From: Octopus sinensis
Taxonomy: Eukaryota
NCBI RefSeq assembly: GCF_006345805.1
Contig: NC_043000.1
Span: 92,008,001-92,072,000, forward strand
Direction of reading: 5' to 3'
DNA: 64,000 bases
A model generated the notes under the pieces. It saw nothing but the letters and a program-made list of their open reading frames with translations. It was not told where the DNA came from and made no database searches. Below are positions 14,760 through 27,942 of this stretch, one piece after another (within the stretch, counting starts at the first letter, position 1; every line of letters begins with the position of its first letter). The position numbers and the translations under genes are program-made.

Positions 14760-14995
14760 CATCATTACCATCATCATCATCATCCTCATCATCATTTTAT
14801 ATCCTTTTTTCCATGTCACCATAGGTTGAACAGTTTGACAAGAACAGATGACCTAGAGGACTCTGGCAAATTCTATGACTGCTTTGGCATGGTTTCTACA
14901 GTTGGATGCCCTTCATAATGCTGACCATTTAACAGTGTGTTCTAGGTGCATTTACATGGTACCAGCACCAAGGAGGCTACCAAGCACCTGCAGAG
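14760..14995 (-). mobile_element. Degenerate family C retroposon 3' end with (CAT)n tail
   Basis: catcatcat..tttccatg..ggttgaacagtttgac..ggatgcccttc..gtgcatttacatggtaccagcac; similar to the copies at 18544, 20450, 21197 and 25728. Confidence 0.65.
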
Positions 14996-16047
14996 ATAAA
15001 ATCCTTCAACTGAGTGTTGTACAGACTGGAGGAACAAGAAACTATGATAGAGGGAGAGGAGTAGGTGTCTTTCCAAAGAGGTGAATACATGGTTTGCCCA
15101 CCTGGAAAATGAGAGAGAGGGAGAGAGAGAGAGGGAGAGATAGAGAGAGAGAGAGAGGGGGAGAGAGAAAGATTTAAGTTCCATGTACGATGTGAATTTG
15201 AGAAAACATAGGTTAGATGAGTGAAAAGGCAGAAATGTAGATAAGTGTACAGAGTGAAAGTAGTGTGACAAATGATTAGAGATAGAGAATGAGTTGACAC
15301 AAGGATATCAGTACAGTGTAGGGGGATGTGAATAAAATAGTGTAGCATAGAAGATGAAAAATGTATGGTAAATAAACAAACGACATAATGTATACTAAGC
15401 GTACAACAGGATGGCAGACAAACAAAGAAAGGCCATTGTAGTGGTGCTTGTCAGGGTCCCAGCTCTGTATTGATGAGTACAATTGATGACATTTCCTCTG
15501 AGTGCAGCGATGCAGAAACACTCTTGGTTGGTGTCAGGGTATGCAACAAAACCACCAAGAGTGAGGAACCTCTAGCTATAGTCACACCATCCTTCTATTA
15601 TATAAGCATTTGCAGGGAGAGAAAGAGGAAGAAAGAAATAGATAGATATATATATATAACTACATAGATAGATGGAGAGGAAGATGCATATTTGAGACAA
15701 TATATCTTTGTAGAAGACTGCATGGGGAATAAATAATATGTATGTGTGTATGTATGTATGTATGTATGTATGTATGTATGCATGCATGTATGTATGTATG
15801 TATGTATGTATGTATGTATATATATATATATATGCATATATATACATATATATATATACATATATGTATATATACATATATATATACAAATATATATATA
15901 TACATACATATATACACACACACACACATATATATACATATATGTCCAACCCATGCCAGCATGAACAATGGACGTTAAATGATAATGATGAGGATGATAT
16001 ATATATATATATAATATATATATATATATAATATATATATATATATT

Positions 16048-16413
16048 GGTAAAACGGTAAGATAACAAAAGATAGAAAGAGACCTCAATATTGTGTAAAT
16101 AGAGGAAATTTATCTATAAAATAATATGTTACATTACTCGATAGTCAAGATAAAACTCTGAGTTTCAGATGCCAAAGTGGGAATCCACGCCACCATCTCT
16201 TCGGTTATCTGGCTATTTCTAGTCAACATAAAACTCTGAGTTTCAGATGCCGAAGTGGGAATCCACGCCGCCATCTCTTCGGTTATCTGGCTATTTCTAT
16301 AGCCAGAAATAGCCAGATAACCGAAGAGATGGTGACGTGGATTCCCATTTCGGCATCTGAAACTCAGAGTTTTATCTTGACTATCGAGTAATGTAACATA
16401 TTATTTTATAGAT
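16048..16413. mobile_element. HHR-bearing terminal-repeat remnant (Penelope/retrozyme-type): two minus-strand units plus one inverted plus-strand unit
   Basis: 78-bp direct repeat (16149-16209 vs 16227-16287). The inverted copy 16308-16413 matches 16110-16222. Same family as 58177-58704. Confidence 0.85.
16316..16376 (+). ncRNA. Type I hammerhead ribozyme motif, core variant CCGAAGA
   Basis: gataa-CCGAAGA-gatg...catc-t-GAAA-ctc(a)gag-TT-ttatc; stems I, II and III pair by eye. Confidence 0.6.
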
Positions 16414-16414
16414 A

Positions 16415-16484
<70 letters not shown>

Positions 16485-16789
16485 ATATAATTATATTTAT
16501 GTATGTATGCATGTATGTATGTATATTTTATTTGTCATCTGAATATGGATTCAGTCTCACACACACACACACAATCATCTATATATAGGTAAGGAAATGA
16601 GGATGATAAAACAGATATGGTACTGAAATCTATGAATACTAATGACTGAAAATATCAGTTGCAATGTATGTGTTATGTATGTATATTTTTATGTACGTAT
16701 GAGTGCATATATGCACATTATATATACTGTATATATATATATACTGTATATATATATATATATACTGTATATATATATATATATAATAT

Positions 16790-16856
<67 letters not shown>

Positions 16857-17530
16857 ATATGTATATATATTTGTATATATGCAATATGCACCAACCTATA
16901 CCCTACCAATATATAATTTCCTTCTTCATCTCCCTGATCCTTCCTACACATCTCTTTTCTGTCTACAAACCTAATTATACAACACTTAATTTGCATACAC
17001 TTTTCCCCAAAGATTTTCAGCCTACTGCTCCCTTGGTTCTGAGATCACATTCCCAGTGACCCACCCCCACCCCCACCATCACCACCACCACACACCATCA
17101 CAGACATAGATAGTTTTTTTGCATCAAATTCAAATTCAAAGCAACAGTATTTCACAAATAAAACAAATTAATTAACTTTTTATTTTGTTTGATTTCTTTT
17201 TCAAACATTGCCCAGTTTTGGTCACTCGCATTATCACCCCACTTTTCTTCAATGCCCCTCAGGATTTTTTCACCACCACGCCCAAGGGAGTGGTACTGCC
17301 CGCTTTAGGAACCACTACACCAAAGGAACAGTCTGTCAAGAATACAATTTACTATTTATAAGGCTCAAAACCATACTAAATCACAGGCAGATAGCGGTTA
17401 ATAAGCCAAACTTTTTCCCTATAAAAATTAAATATAAAGTATTGCGTGAAGTTTTATATTTAATGTTCAACTGTTTTTATAAGTTTGCATAAAAACAAAT
17501 GTTACATGTAAACTTATATATACATATATA

Positions 17531-17828
17531 TCACTGTGATCACCGTGACAGACCAGGCTATCAGATGTTGCTACACATCACTGGTCACAATGCACTTCAC
17601 ATTGTTTTAGCCTTCAAATGACACCACCCCGCTGGCTAAGCAAGCAGGCCAACAGAAGAAAGAGTGAGAGAAAGTTGTGGCGAAAGAGTACAGCAGGGAT
17701 CCCCACCAGCCCCTGCCAGAACCGCGTGGAGCTTTAGGTGTTTAAGCTCAATAAACACTCACAACGCCCGGTCTGGGAATCGAAACCACGAGTCCACTGC
17801 CCTAACCACTGGGCCATTGCGCCTCCAC
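17531..17828 (-). mobile_element. tRNA-derived SINE, family D
   Basis: The minus strand starts gtggaggcgcaatggcccagtggttagggcag (A box) with ggtttcgattcccagaccgggcg (B box). Confidence 0.75.
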
Positions 17829-17858
17829 ATATATATATATATATATATATATATAGAT

Positions 17859-18020
17859 ACGATGGGCTTCTTTTAATTTCCATCTACCAAATCATTCACA
17901 AGGCTTTGGTCAGCCCGAGGCTACAGTAGACGACACTTGCCCAAAGTGCCATGCAGTGAGACTGAACCTGGAACCATGTGATTGGGAAGCAAGCTTCTTA
18001 AAACACAGCCACTCCGGCAC
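17859..18020 (-). mobile_element. CORE-like SINE family A, 5' portion
   Basis: Same sequence family as 6228-6381. Confidence 0.85.
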
Positions 18021-18129
18021 CTATGGCCACTCCAGACTCTCCCATCAAAGATGATATAGGAGCATTCAGTGTTTTGCCAAATGACCTGCACAAATGATTT
18101 GTTTATATTGATCAAATGTTTGTACTGCA

Positions 18130-18332
18130 AATTAGCTCACTTTCTCAATCAAATTGACATCATCTGAACAGGTGTACTGTGTATGACATGTCAGGTGTCA
18201 AAGTGATCACAGAGCAACATGAGAAGAAGTGTTTTCCTCAAGAACACTGTGCACCTCCCAGTCTATAGATTGAAATCATGATCACTAGATCCCAGAGTGC
18301 AACACTCTAACCATTAAGTCACGTACCTTCAC
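18130..18332 (-). mobile_element. Degenerate tRNA SINE, family E
   Basis: Minus-strand head gtgaaggtacgtgacttaatggttagagtgttgcac..gtgttcttgaggaaaacac; similar to 56560-56808. Confidence 0.55.
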
Positions 18333-18543
18333 AGAAATTTCTGGACTGTCAGTAAATCATAAGTCTGAAAGAGAAGCAGTAGAGTATTTTTTAGAGTATC
18401 CAAGGTCATATTGTTCCTTATTTTCCAGAGACTATGTAGGAGCTCACACTTCTACATATGCATGAGACTGGCAGGCCACACTTTTGCATGTTCACAAAAA
18501 CCATTAAGTCTCTCAAAAATATGGAATGGTGTGACATCAGATT

Positions 18544-18715
18544 CCATCATCATCATCATTTAACGTCCACTTTCCGTGCTGGCATGGGTTGGAAAGTTTG
18601 ACTGAAGACTGGTGAGCCAGATGGCTGCACCAGGCTCCAATTTGATCGGGTAGAGTTTCTACAGCTGGATGCCCTTCCTAATGCAAACTACTCTGAGAGT
18701 GTAGTGAGTGCTGTT
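18544..18715 (-). mobile_element. Family C retroposon 3' end with (CAT)n tail
   Basis: catcatcatttaacgtccactttccgtgctggcatgggttgg...ggatgcccttcctaatgc. Confidence 0.8.
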
Positions 18716-19016
18716 ACTCCTCATCTCCTAGCATAGAGTTGTCCCCTTAAAGGCTTGTAGCCTTGCAAACTTTATGATGGCCTTTTTGGGTGCTAGTGGC
18801 ATAGAAAACAAACAAACCAACAAACAAACAAAACACACAGCATGCACTGTAAATTGGTGACTTTAGCAAAGTCATCTGAATGTAGAAACCATACTCTACA
18901 GACACTGGTGCATGATGCAGTTCTTGGGCCCATCAAACTGTGCAAACCATGCCAGCATGGAACACAAGCATTCAAAATGGATGATGATGAAGGAGAAGGA
19001 TGATGAAGGAGATGAT

Positions 19017-19054
<38 letters not shown>

Positions 19055-19177
19055 TATTTTATACATTTATGTGTGCGTGGGTGTAAATCTATGTATGATG
19101 ATGATGATGATACTTGTTGGCAGCCTGGTCAATGCTATTGGCAAGAATGTGTGTCTGCATGTGTCCATATATATATA

Positions 19178-19218
<41 letters not shown>

Positions 19219-19339
19219 ATAGTGTGTGTGTGCTTATCATTGTGTATAAGTATAAATGAACATTTACTTGTAAGCTTAAGCAGTTCTGGCCATGTAAATA
19301 TGTTTATATTTATGACCTGCTGATATTAATGCACAGCAT

Positions 19340-19990
19340 CGTGGTGGTGGTGGTGGTGGTGTTTGTGGCACTTGCCACTATATTCAATAAGGTTTGATTT
19401 GCTGCTGCTGCTGCTGCTGCTGAGGATGATAATGATGATGATGGTGATGATGATGAGTTATATGGTGGTGGCAATGGTGGTGGTGGTGTTGCTGTTCCTC
19501 TGAATAAGGGAGATAGCCATGGTTGGGGAGGTTAGTGTTGGTAGCAGTAATGTGGTTATACAATGTTTTTGTTAATGGTATTGTCCCTTGCTGTTCATAG
19601 AAGTGATAGTGATGGTGGTGGTGGTGATAATGGTTATGGTGGTAGTAGTGTTTGTTGTGGTGGCGGTGGTGGTGGTAGTGGTGGTGGTGGTGGTGACAGT
19701 GGAGAAGGTTGTTGTTACAGTGGCAATGGTAGTGGTAGTGATGGTGGTGGTGGTGGTGGCTGTGGTGTGACGGTGGTGAAGGTGGTGGCTACAGTGGTAG
19801 TGGTAGTGATGATGGTGGTGGTGGTGGTGGTGGTGGTGGCTGTGGTGGTGATGATGGTGGTGGTGGTGGTGGTAGGGGATAGCAGTAATAAAGGCATTGT
19901 AGTACTGACAGTGATAATAGTGCTGGTAGTGTAGTTGTGGCAGTTGTGGTGGTAGTGGTTGTAGTTTCTGGAGATCAATGATGATAATAT
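19340..19990. repeat. (GGT)n/(GAT)n-rich low-complexity tract
   Basis: Imperfect ggt/gat/gct triplet repeats; its ORFs are poly-G/V artefacts. Confidence 0.9.
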
Positions 19991-20285
19991 TAATGATGCT
20001 AGTGTGAGACAGAAATGAGATGTATATTGACAGATTACTCTTTAGATTTGATGGTGGAATCTAAATTCTGGCGCCACTCCCACACACACGACACATGCAC
20101 ACACACGTACATACATGCACACACACATACATACACACACATGCTTGTTCCTCACCACCCACTACTATGCTTTGTTCTAGCTCAGTAAGTGGTGTAGCAA
20201 GAGAGATTAGTTGGGTAAAAAAAAAAAAAAACCAACAGAAAAAAATATAATGAAATTGAGTAAAAAATGTAGTAAAATAAAATAA

Positions 20286-20450
20286 GTGCAGGCATGGGTA
20301 TGTGGTAAGGAGTTTGCTGCTCAACCATATGGTTCCAGGTTCAGTCTCACTGTGTGGCACCTTGGGCAAGTGACTTCTGCTATAGCCACAGGCTGACCAA
20401 AGTCTTGTGTGTGGATTTGATAGACAGAAACTGAAAGAGTCACGTTGTAT
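20286..20450 (+). mobile_element. CORE-like SINE family A, 5' portion
   Basis: gcaggcatgggtatgtggtaag..ccttgggcaagtgacttctgctatag. Confidence 0.8.
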
Positions 20451-20722
20451 CATCATCATCGTTTAACGTCTGCTTTCCATGCTGGCATGGGTTGGACGGT
20501 TTGACTGAGGGCAGGTGAGCCAGAAGGGTGCACCAGGCTCCAATCTGATCTGGTAAAGTTTCTGCAGCTGGATGCCCTTCATAACACCAACCACTCCGAG
20601 AGTGTAGTGGGTGCTTTTTATGTGCCACCAGCATGGGGGCCAGTTAGAAAGTACTGGCATCAACCATGCTTGCATGGTGCTTTTTACATGCCACTGGCAT
20701 GGGAGCCAGTCAGATGACACTG
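20450..20722 (-). mobile_element. Family C retroposon 3' end
   Basis: catcatcatcatcgtttaacgtctgctttccatgctggcatgggttggacgg...gtgggtgctttttatgtgccacc. Confidence 0.85.
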
Positions 20723-21196
20723 GCTAGGATCAAATGGTCATGTGAACTGCCAATTTTTCTCCTATTAAACTGTAAGAAGTATAGTCTTGTAAGAAATATA
20801 TTACCCTGTGTAACATGATTTCTGTCCTCGGGTAGAAGCTGTTATTTCCTATTTGCTTACCCCTAGAAAGTATGAAAAATGGCTAAGGTTTCCTTCAAAC
20901 TTTGCTTTTGTCACATATATTCTAACTTCCCAAGAATTCCCTCTAAACACATGGCTATGATGCTTCCCCACTACTCCTGCTCATCATCAGAAATGCACAT
21001 AAAGGACATGCTCAAGTGGTTATGGTCAAGCAATGGATAATCAAAACTGTGGTATTGAGCAGAATATTAGTTATAACAATATTTCTGCTTCTGTGACCTA
21101 GTAGCGAATCTGTCTGAAATGCAATGGAAAATTAGGTTAGTTTCAAAACATTGATGTCCAGGTTACAAACGCTTGTTTTCTCCTTTTGCTCATTCA

Positions 21197-21470
21197 TCAT
21201 CATCATTATCAATTCACATCTGTTTTCCATGCTAGCATGGGTAAGAGAATTTGACTGGATCTAGTAAGCTTCAGAGACGCACCAGGTTCCAATCTCATTT
21301 GGCTTGGTTTTTATGGCTGGTTGCACTTACTAACACCAACCACTCCAAAGAGTGTGCCATGTGCCTTTTAACATGTCACTGGCACAGTTACCTTTTATGT
21401 GTCACCGGCACAGGTGCCTTTTATGTGTCCCCAGCACTGGCCACAAAATTGATTTCACTAAGCTTGACAT
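21197..21470 (-). mobile_element. Family C retroposon 3' end, degenerate
   Basis: Similar to 20450-20722. Confidence 0.7.
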
Positions 21471-21488
21471 GTCTTCTCAAACTCATTG

Positions 21489-21529
<41 letters not shown>

Positions 21530-21615
21530 AACTACTCCACCTCTAATATCTCCGTTTTTAGTCTCACCTTGCACCACAGATCCACACACTTGTGACTCTG
21601 CTTGGAACATTATAG

Positions 21616-21784
21616 GCGTAGGAGTGGCTGTGTAGTAAGTAGCTTGCTTACCAACCACATGGTTCTGGATTCAGTCCCACTGCATGGCACCTTGAGCAAG
21701 TGTCTTCTACAATAGCCTCAGGCTGACCAAAGCCTTGTGAGTGGATTTGATAGATGGAAACTGAAAGAAGCCTGTCATATATAT

Positions 21785-21822
<38 letters not shown>

Positions 21823-22047
21823 TTATATATATGTATATATATATATGTATGTGTGTGTATGTTTCTGTGTCTGTGCTTGTCCCCCCCCCAACCCAACATC
21901 ACTTGACAACTGATGCTGGTGTGTTTACATCCCTGTAACTTAGCAGTTCAACAAAAGAGACTGATAGAATAAGTACTAGGCTTACAAAGTATAAGTCCTG
22001 CTCAACTAAAGGCAGTAAACAAGTAAAAGAGCAAAATAGTAAAAGAG
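21616..22047 (+). mobile_element. CORE-like SINE family A, near full length
   Basis: Starts ggcgtaggagtggctgtgtagtaag; has the internal SSR and an aaacaagtaaaagag tail. Confidence 0.9.
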
Positions 22048-22449
22048 TCTACAAACACAAATTCCTTTTGGACCCAACACAACCCCCTCCTCTTAATGAC
22101 TGTCTCTACATCCTCCTTAAAAAAAAGCAGCATTTTATTTTGTTTTATTTTTTCTTATTTTATCCTCTCTTATACCCACTTACTTTATCACACTATTACC
22201 CTTTTTTTGATTTTTTTCGTGTTTTCCATTGAATTTTTAGACTTTTTAATTGCATAATTTTTTTATAATTGTATTAATTTCTATTTTATCCCTTTAATTC
22301 TAATTATTTTGTTTTTTTTATTTTTTATCTTGTGTCTTAATTTTTGTAATTTTTTTATTCATTTAAAACATTTTTGACATCTTGCCCCCTTCCCTCTTAT
22401 TCCCTTTTTATCGATCTTATTTCCTTATATTATATTTTATTCTGTATAC

Positions 22450-23525
22450 ACACAATACATATACACACACATGCTCAAATACATGCACGTGCATAAACAT
22501 GAATGCACATATACCTCCCACTCACATACACACAACACACATACATGCATACACACACACATACATGCACACACATATGCACATACACACACACACACAT
22601 GCATGCACACAGGAACACATATATACCTCCACACACACTCACATGCACACATGCTCTTACACACACATACACACACACATACATACACACACACACATAC
22701 ATGCACACGCACACACATGAATGCACATGTACCTCACATACCTCTCACACACACCCACTACACACACAACCCCACGTGGACACACACATATGCACACACA
22801 GATGTGCACATGCACATGAACACATACATACCTCCCACACACACTCATACATACACATACACAATTACACATACATGGGCATACAAACGTGCACATGCAC
22901 ACACATGTGCATGCACACACAGAGGAACACACATATACCTCCACACAAACAACCCCCCACACACTCATACATACATACACACACAGATGCATGCATACAC
23001 TATACACAAAACAAACACAACATACATACAGACGCACACACATAATTCAAACACCTTTCTACTGACCATTCCTCTACGCACATGTGAAGAGACACACAAC
23101 TACACTAAAGACCACCACTCTTGTTACCTTGCAGCTGAATTCTTCCTACAACATTAAGAGGCACTAAGTTCACTCACACACACACATATAAACAGCCAAC
23201 ACCACACACTCAACACATACACACACACATGCTACTACATGCACACAAACACAGACTTGCGCACATGCACATACATGCACCTACCTGTTTCTCTTACACT
23301 CTCCTGTCTTAGAAAGAACTTTTTCTTCACCCATTCCCTTCTGGTCATTTCAAAATGTAACCATATGTGAATCGTTGGCAATTTTCTTCTTCTGTCTTCC
23401 TTTCCTGCTAGACTTTCCGCTGTCTCCTGTTTCTGAAGAAGAGCTTTGCTCAAAACATAAAACCACCTTTCTTTCCTTCCCTGAGCGCCTGCTAATACTT
23501 TAAATGTACCACTTCCTCGCATTGT
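22450..23525 (+). mobile_element. Penelope-like 3' terminal remnant: degenerate (CA)-rich tract followed by a pyrimidine tract and a minimal HHR motif
   Basis: Same layout and terminal sequence (agagc..gctc, cctgagcgcct..taatac) as the 3' end of the PLE at 33130-33370. HHR: gttt-CTGAAGA-a-gagc-ttt-gctc-aAAA-c at 23429-23463 with G12 mutated. Confidence 0.65.
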
Positions 23526-23544
23526 TGGGCTTCTTTCAGTTTCT

Positions 23545-23943
23545 TATCTCTTTATTGCCCACAAGGGGCTAAACATAGAGGGGAAAAAGATAGACAAAGG
23601 GATTAAGTCGATTACATCGACTCCAGTGCTTAAACTGGTACTTAATTTATCGACCCTGAAAGGATGAAAGGCAAAGTCAACCTCAGCGGAATTTGAACTC
23701 AGAACATAGAGACAGACGGAATACCTATTTCTTTACTATCCACAGAGAGGACAAACAAGGAGAGACAAACGGATTAAGTCGATTACATCGACCCCAGTGT
23801 GTAACTGGTACTTAATTTATCGACACCGAAAGGATGAAAGGCAAAGTCGACCTTGGCAGAATTTGAACTCAGAACATAACGGCAGACAGAATACTGCTAA
23901 GCATTTCGCCCGCCATGCTAACGTTTCTACCAGCTCGCCGCCT
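23545..23943 (-). mobile_element. Family B SINE dimer inserted into a family A SINE
   Basis: Two tandem family B bodies flanked by a 14-bp TSD ttctttcagtttct (23531-23544 and 23943-23956). Confidence 0.85.
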
Positions 23944-24093
23944 TCTTTCAGTTTCTGTCTACCAAATCCACTAATAAGGCTTTGGCTGTCCCAAGGCTAA
24001 AGTAGAAGACACTTGCCCAAAGTGCCATGCACTGGGACTGAACTTGGAACCATGTGGTTGAGAAACAAGCTTCTTACCATACAGCCATGCCTG
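23943..24093 (-). mobile_element. CORE-like SINE family A, 5' portion (host of the insertion above)
   Basis: Matches the family A head. Confidence 0.85.
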
Positions 24094-24423
24094 CATCTTA
24101 TATTTAATCTTTAAATCATCAATACTATTGAAGAAGAAATAATAAAATGTATTAGTGATTAGTGTTGGTGATGACAGTGATATTGCTGCTGAGGAAGAGG
24201 AAGCTGCTGATGATTGAAGAATGGACAATAAAACGAAATGCAGATTTAAGTGCATGATATAAAAAGAAGTGAAGTTGAGAGGGGAAGTGAGGAAAGAAAG
24301 AATGGACAATTAGGAAAAAGAAAGTGAGGAAGCAAAATAGAAGTGTTAAGTCAAAGTGAATGGGAAAGAGAGAGAAAGAGAGGGAGTGAGGGAGAGACAA
24401 AACTCTCGACATATATATATATA

Positions 24424-24810
24424 TATACAAGCAAAACGCCCCCTCCTCCGTCCAATGGACGATGCTGAGTTGTCAAACATTTAAACCAAATTTTCTCAAA
24501 ACAACTTGTCCGACCGTCCCATATGCCTCCCCTTTGAGAAACACTGATTTAATCTAAATTTGAGACACCAGCAAATGAAGAAATAAAGATAGACTTTTTT
24601 TTGTATTCCAAAGAAAAACCATTTCCCACGGCTTTATTGATCGCATTCTCACCTGGAATCGATTTTTGTAATTTTTTCAAGACTTATACATGCCCAGATA
24701 CCGTCGGTATCTACATATCAAATTTAAGCGTAATCAGATGGAGGATGCTCGAGATCCTAGAAGCCACATACACGGACAGACAGACAGAACGGATTTTATA
24801 TAAGAGATAT
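24424..24810 (+). mobile_element. Possible non-autonomous Helitron/Helentron-like element
   Basis: A higher-GC island within (TA)n that ends ..cacggacagacagacagaacggattttatataagagat. The (GACA)n microsatellite just before a ttatata..gat terminus resembles Lep1/HINE-type elements. Family assignment is inference. Confidence 0.4.
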
Positions 24811-25003
24811 ATATATTTATACATATATATATACAAACATATATACAAGTATACACACATATATATGATTGTATGTGTATATATATGTGTGTCTGTATAT
24901 ATCAGTACAGACAGATATGTATGTATACTGTGTTATGTAGATATGTTTGGGTGTCTTTGAAATTTGTATCTAACCTACCTATCAATTAATCAATGCCTAT
25001 TGC

Positions 25004-25068
<65 letters not shown>

Positions 25069-25249
25069 CCCATGTGTGTTTGTGTGAATGTGTATGTGTA
25101 TGTAATTATCTATGTGTGTGTATGTATTTATCTATTTATGTGTTTATGCATGAATGTATGTATGTATACAGACACACTAATACACTCATAATACTGATAG
25201 AGAGATGGATTAATCAATATGTGGATTGACAGGAAGTCAGGCAGATATG

Positions 25250-25376
<127 letters not shown>

Positions 25377-25727
25377 GTAAATTGTCAGATCTCCAGTTAG
25401 CCTATGCAAAATTGATTGTAATTAGCACAATATATCTTTGACCTCATAGAAATGCCGTTTGTAAATTTCTGTATACAACCCATCCTTGTATACATCCAAG
25501 CATTTGTATTAATGAGACTGGGACTTTTATCCAGCTTTTGTAGTGCATTTTATGTGAGTGTACAAGTACATGTGTATCTGTGTATGTTGGCATGTGTATG
25601 TTTGTCAGTATGTAAGTGCATGTGTGCATGTTCCTATGTGGATGCTTATGTATCAGAGTGGACAATAAAATAAGAGTGGAAAATGTGAAGTCAGGAGAAG
25701 AATCATCGTCGTCATCGTCATCATCAT

Positions 25728-26110
25728 CATCATTATCATTATCATCATTTAACGTTTGCTGTCCATGCTGGCATGGGTTGGACAGTTTGACCACGCTGGT
25801 AAGCTGAAGGACTGCACCAGGTTCCAGTCTGATTTGGCATGGTTTCTATGGCTGAATGCCCTTCCTAGTGCCAACCACTCTGAGAGTTTGATGAGTGCTT
25901 TTACATGCCACCGGTATGAGTGCCAATTGCATGACACCAAAATCTGCCATGACTATGATTTCACCTGGCTTGATGGGTCTTCTTCTCAGGCACAGCATAT
26001 TGTCAAAGGTCTTGGCCATTTGTTATTCCCTCCATGAGACCCAATGTTTGAAAGGTGCTTTTTACATGCCATTGGCATGGGTGCTAGTTACATGACACCA
26101 GAATCGGCCA
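25728..26110 (-). mobile_element. Family C retroposon, longer copy
   Basis: (CAT)n tail, tttaacgtttgctgtccatgctggcatggg, extending to gtgctttttacatgcc..gggtgctagttacatgacacc; the reverse-complement relative is at about 36780-36900. Confidence 0.75.
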
Positions 26111-26283
26111 CATTGCCTCTGTGAAAATCAATATAAAATATTTCCACTGTTCACTATCTTGGGAGAAAAAGATTGACACACCTAAATCACATAGCTAATA
26201 CAATACATTGTTATGTCTTTAAATAAACATAAAAATATTAAATAATCAAAATTAAAAAAATACACATAACAACAACAACAACG

Positions 26284-26702
26284 ATGAGAAGCCAGACATA
26301 GTATTAATTGAGAAAGAAAGCAAACGAAGCTGGATCATAGATATAGCAGGCCCGGCTGACAACAAGGCATGCGATAAGGAAGGAAGAAAAGTCGAAAGAT
26401 ATAACAGGTTAGCTTGGGAGGTGAAGCAGTTGTGGTCGCTTAAAAAGATGGTAGTATTATCAATAATTGTCGGAGCCCTGAGAATAGTGAGTAAAAATCA
26501 TGAGAAGTACATGCAACAAATAGGGGCTGCAGCAAGGGTGGAGCACTTGCTGAAAACAGCACTGCTTGGAACCGCTCGAATACTCCAGATGGGGCTCGAA
26601 AAATAAGGGGTTTTACCTTAGTTCACTAGTAGTGAACAGCTGGCACCGTAGCACATCTCCAGTGTTAGAAGCTGTGCAATGACAATGAATAATAATATAA
26701 TA

Positions 26703-26743
<41 letters not shown>

Positions 26744-26780
26744 TAATAATAATAATAATAATGATAATAATGATAATAAT
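26284..26780 (+). mobile_element. 5'-truncated R4/Dong-type (RLE) LINE 3' end with (TAA)n tail
   Basis: Translates KPDIVLIEKESKRSWIIDIAGPAD..KVERYNRLAWEVKQLWSLKKMVVLSIIVGAL..LLKTALLGTARIL (PD-D..K restriction-like endonuclease). Preceded by (AAC)n and followed by about 95 bp of (TAA)n. Confidence 0.85.
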
Positions 26781-27158
26781 GAGAGAAGAAAATATTGCAG
26801 ATTATGTTTTTTCCTCTTTTCCTTCTCTTCTTGTGGATAATCATTGATGAAAAAGAAAAAAACGATTCTTCTTAACATCTTGTTCTTTTAGCAAATATAT
26901 GAGACAATACAATTTCTTTTACATTAGAGAATCTGTTTTCTTTTACTTTTTTTTGTTTATTTTATATTATTCCTTTCTTTCATTTATTTGTTTTATTTAT
27001 TTACTTGACTTGACATCGCTCTCTCCTCCCCTCTCTCTCTTTCTCTTGCTCTCTCCTGTCTTTGAAGTTAAGACATCTCCAAAGTATAAATGAGTTTGTA
27101 ACAATATAAATATGTTTTTAGTTACCAAACAAGTGGGCATATACATATACAATGTATA

Positions 27159-27192
<34 letters not shown>

Positions 27193-27232
27193 GAAAGAGA
27201 GATACATTTATGTATACATGCATGAATATAGC

Positions 27233-27266
<34 letters not shown>

Positions 27267-27896
27267 GTGCATAAATATTATATATATACCATATATATAT
27301 ATATATATATATAAATATATATGTACATATATATGTATAACTATATGTATATATATATATATATATAATATATATATATATATGTAATATATATATGTAT
27401 ATATATATATATATATATAATAATATATATATATATATATATGCATATATGTATATATGTAAGTATGCATAAATAAACAAAACAGAGATATAAGAGGACA
27501 GAAAAATATTATGAGATATCAGACACAGCAAAAAACAACCTCACAAACAAGAAAAATACAAAGTAAAAAAGCAAAGCAAAAACAAAAAAAATCTATTGCA
27601 ATACAGTAATCAAAAAGAACTAAAACAAAAAAACAAATCTAATAACTGAAAAGCCAAAAACAACAAAAAATATAAATAAAAGCACATGCTGCTTTATTTC
27701 CATTTACATTACTAACGTTTTTTTCTTTTTAATTTTTCTGATTATGGAATAATTTTTTATTATCTCAACACCCCAGCACACTCATGTATATATATATATT
27801 TTATATATACATATATCCTATATATATATATATTATATATATACACACATACATCATTCATATATATATATATATAGTATATATATATATCTATAT

Positions 27897-27942
<46 letters not shown>

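Noticed and set aside
19563-19978. Gly-rich or mucin-like poly-Thr ORFs
   Set aside because: Translations of (GGT)n repeats.
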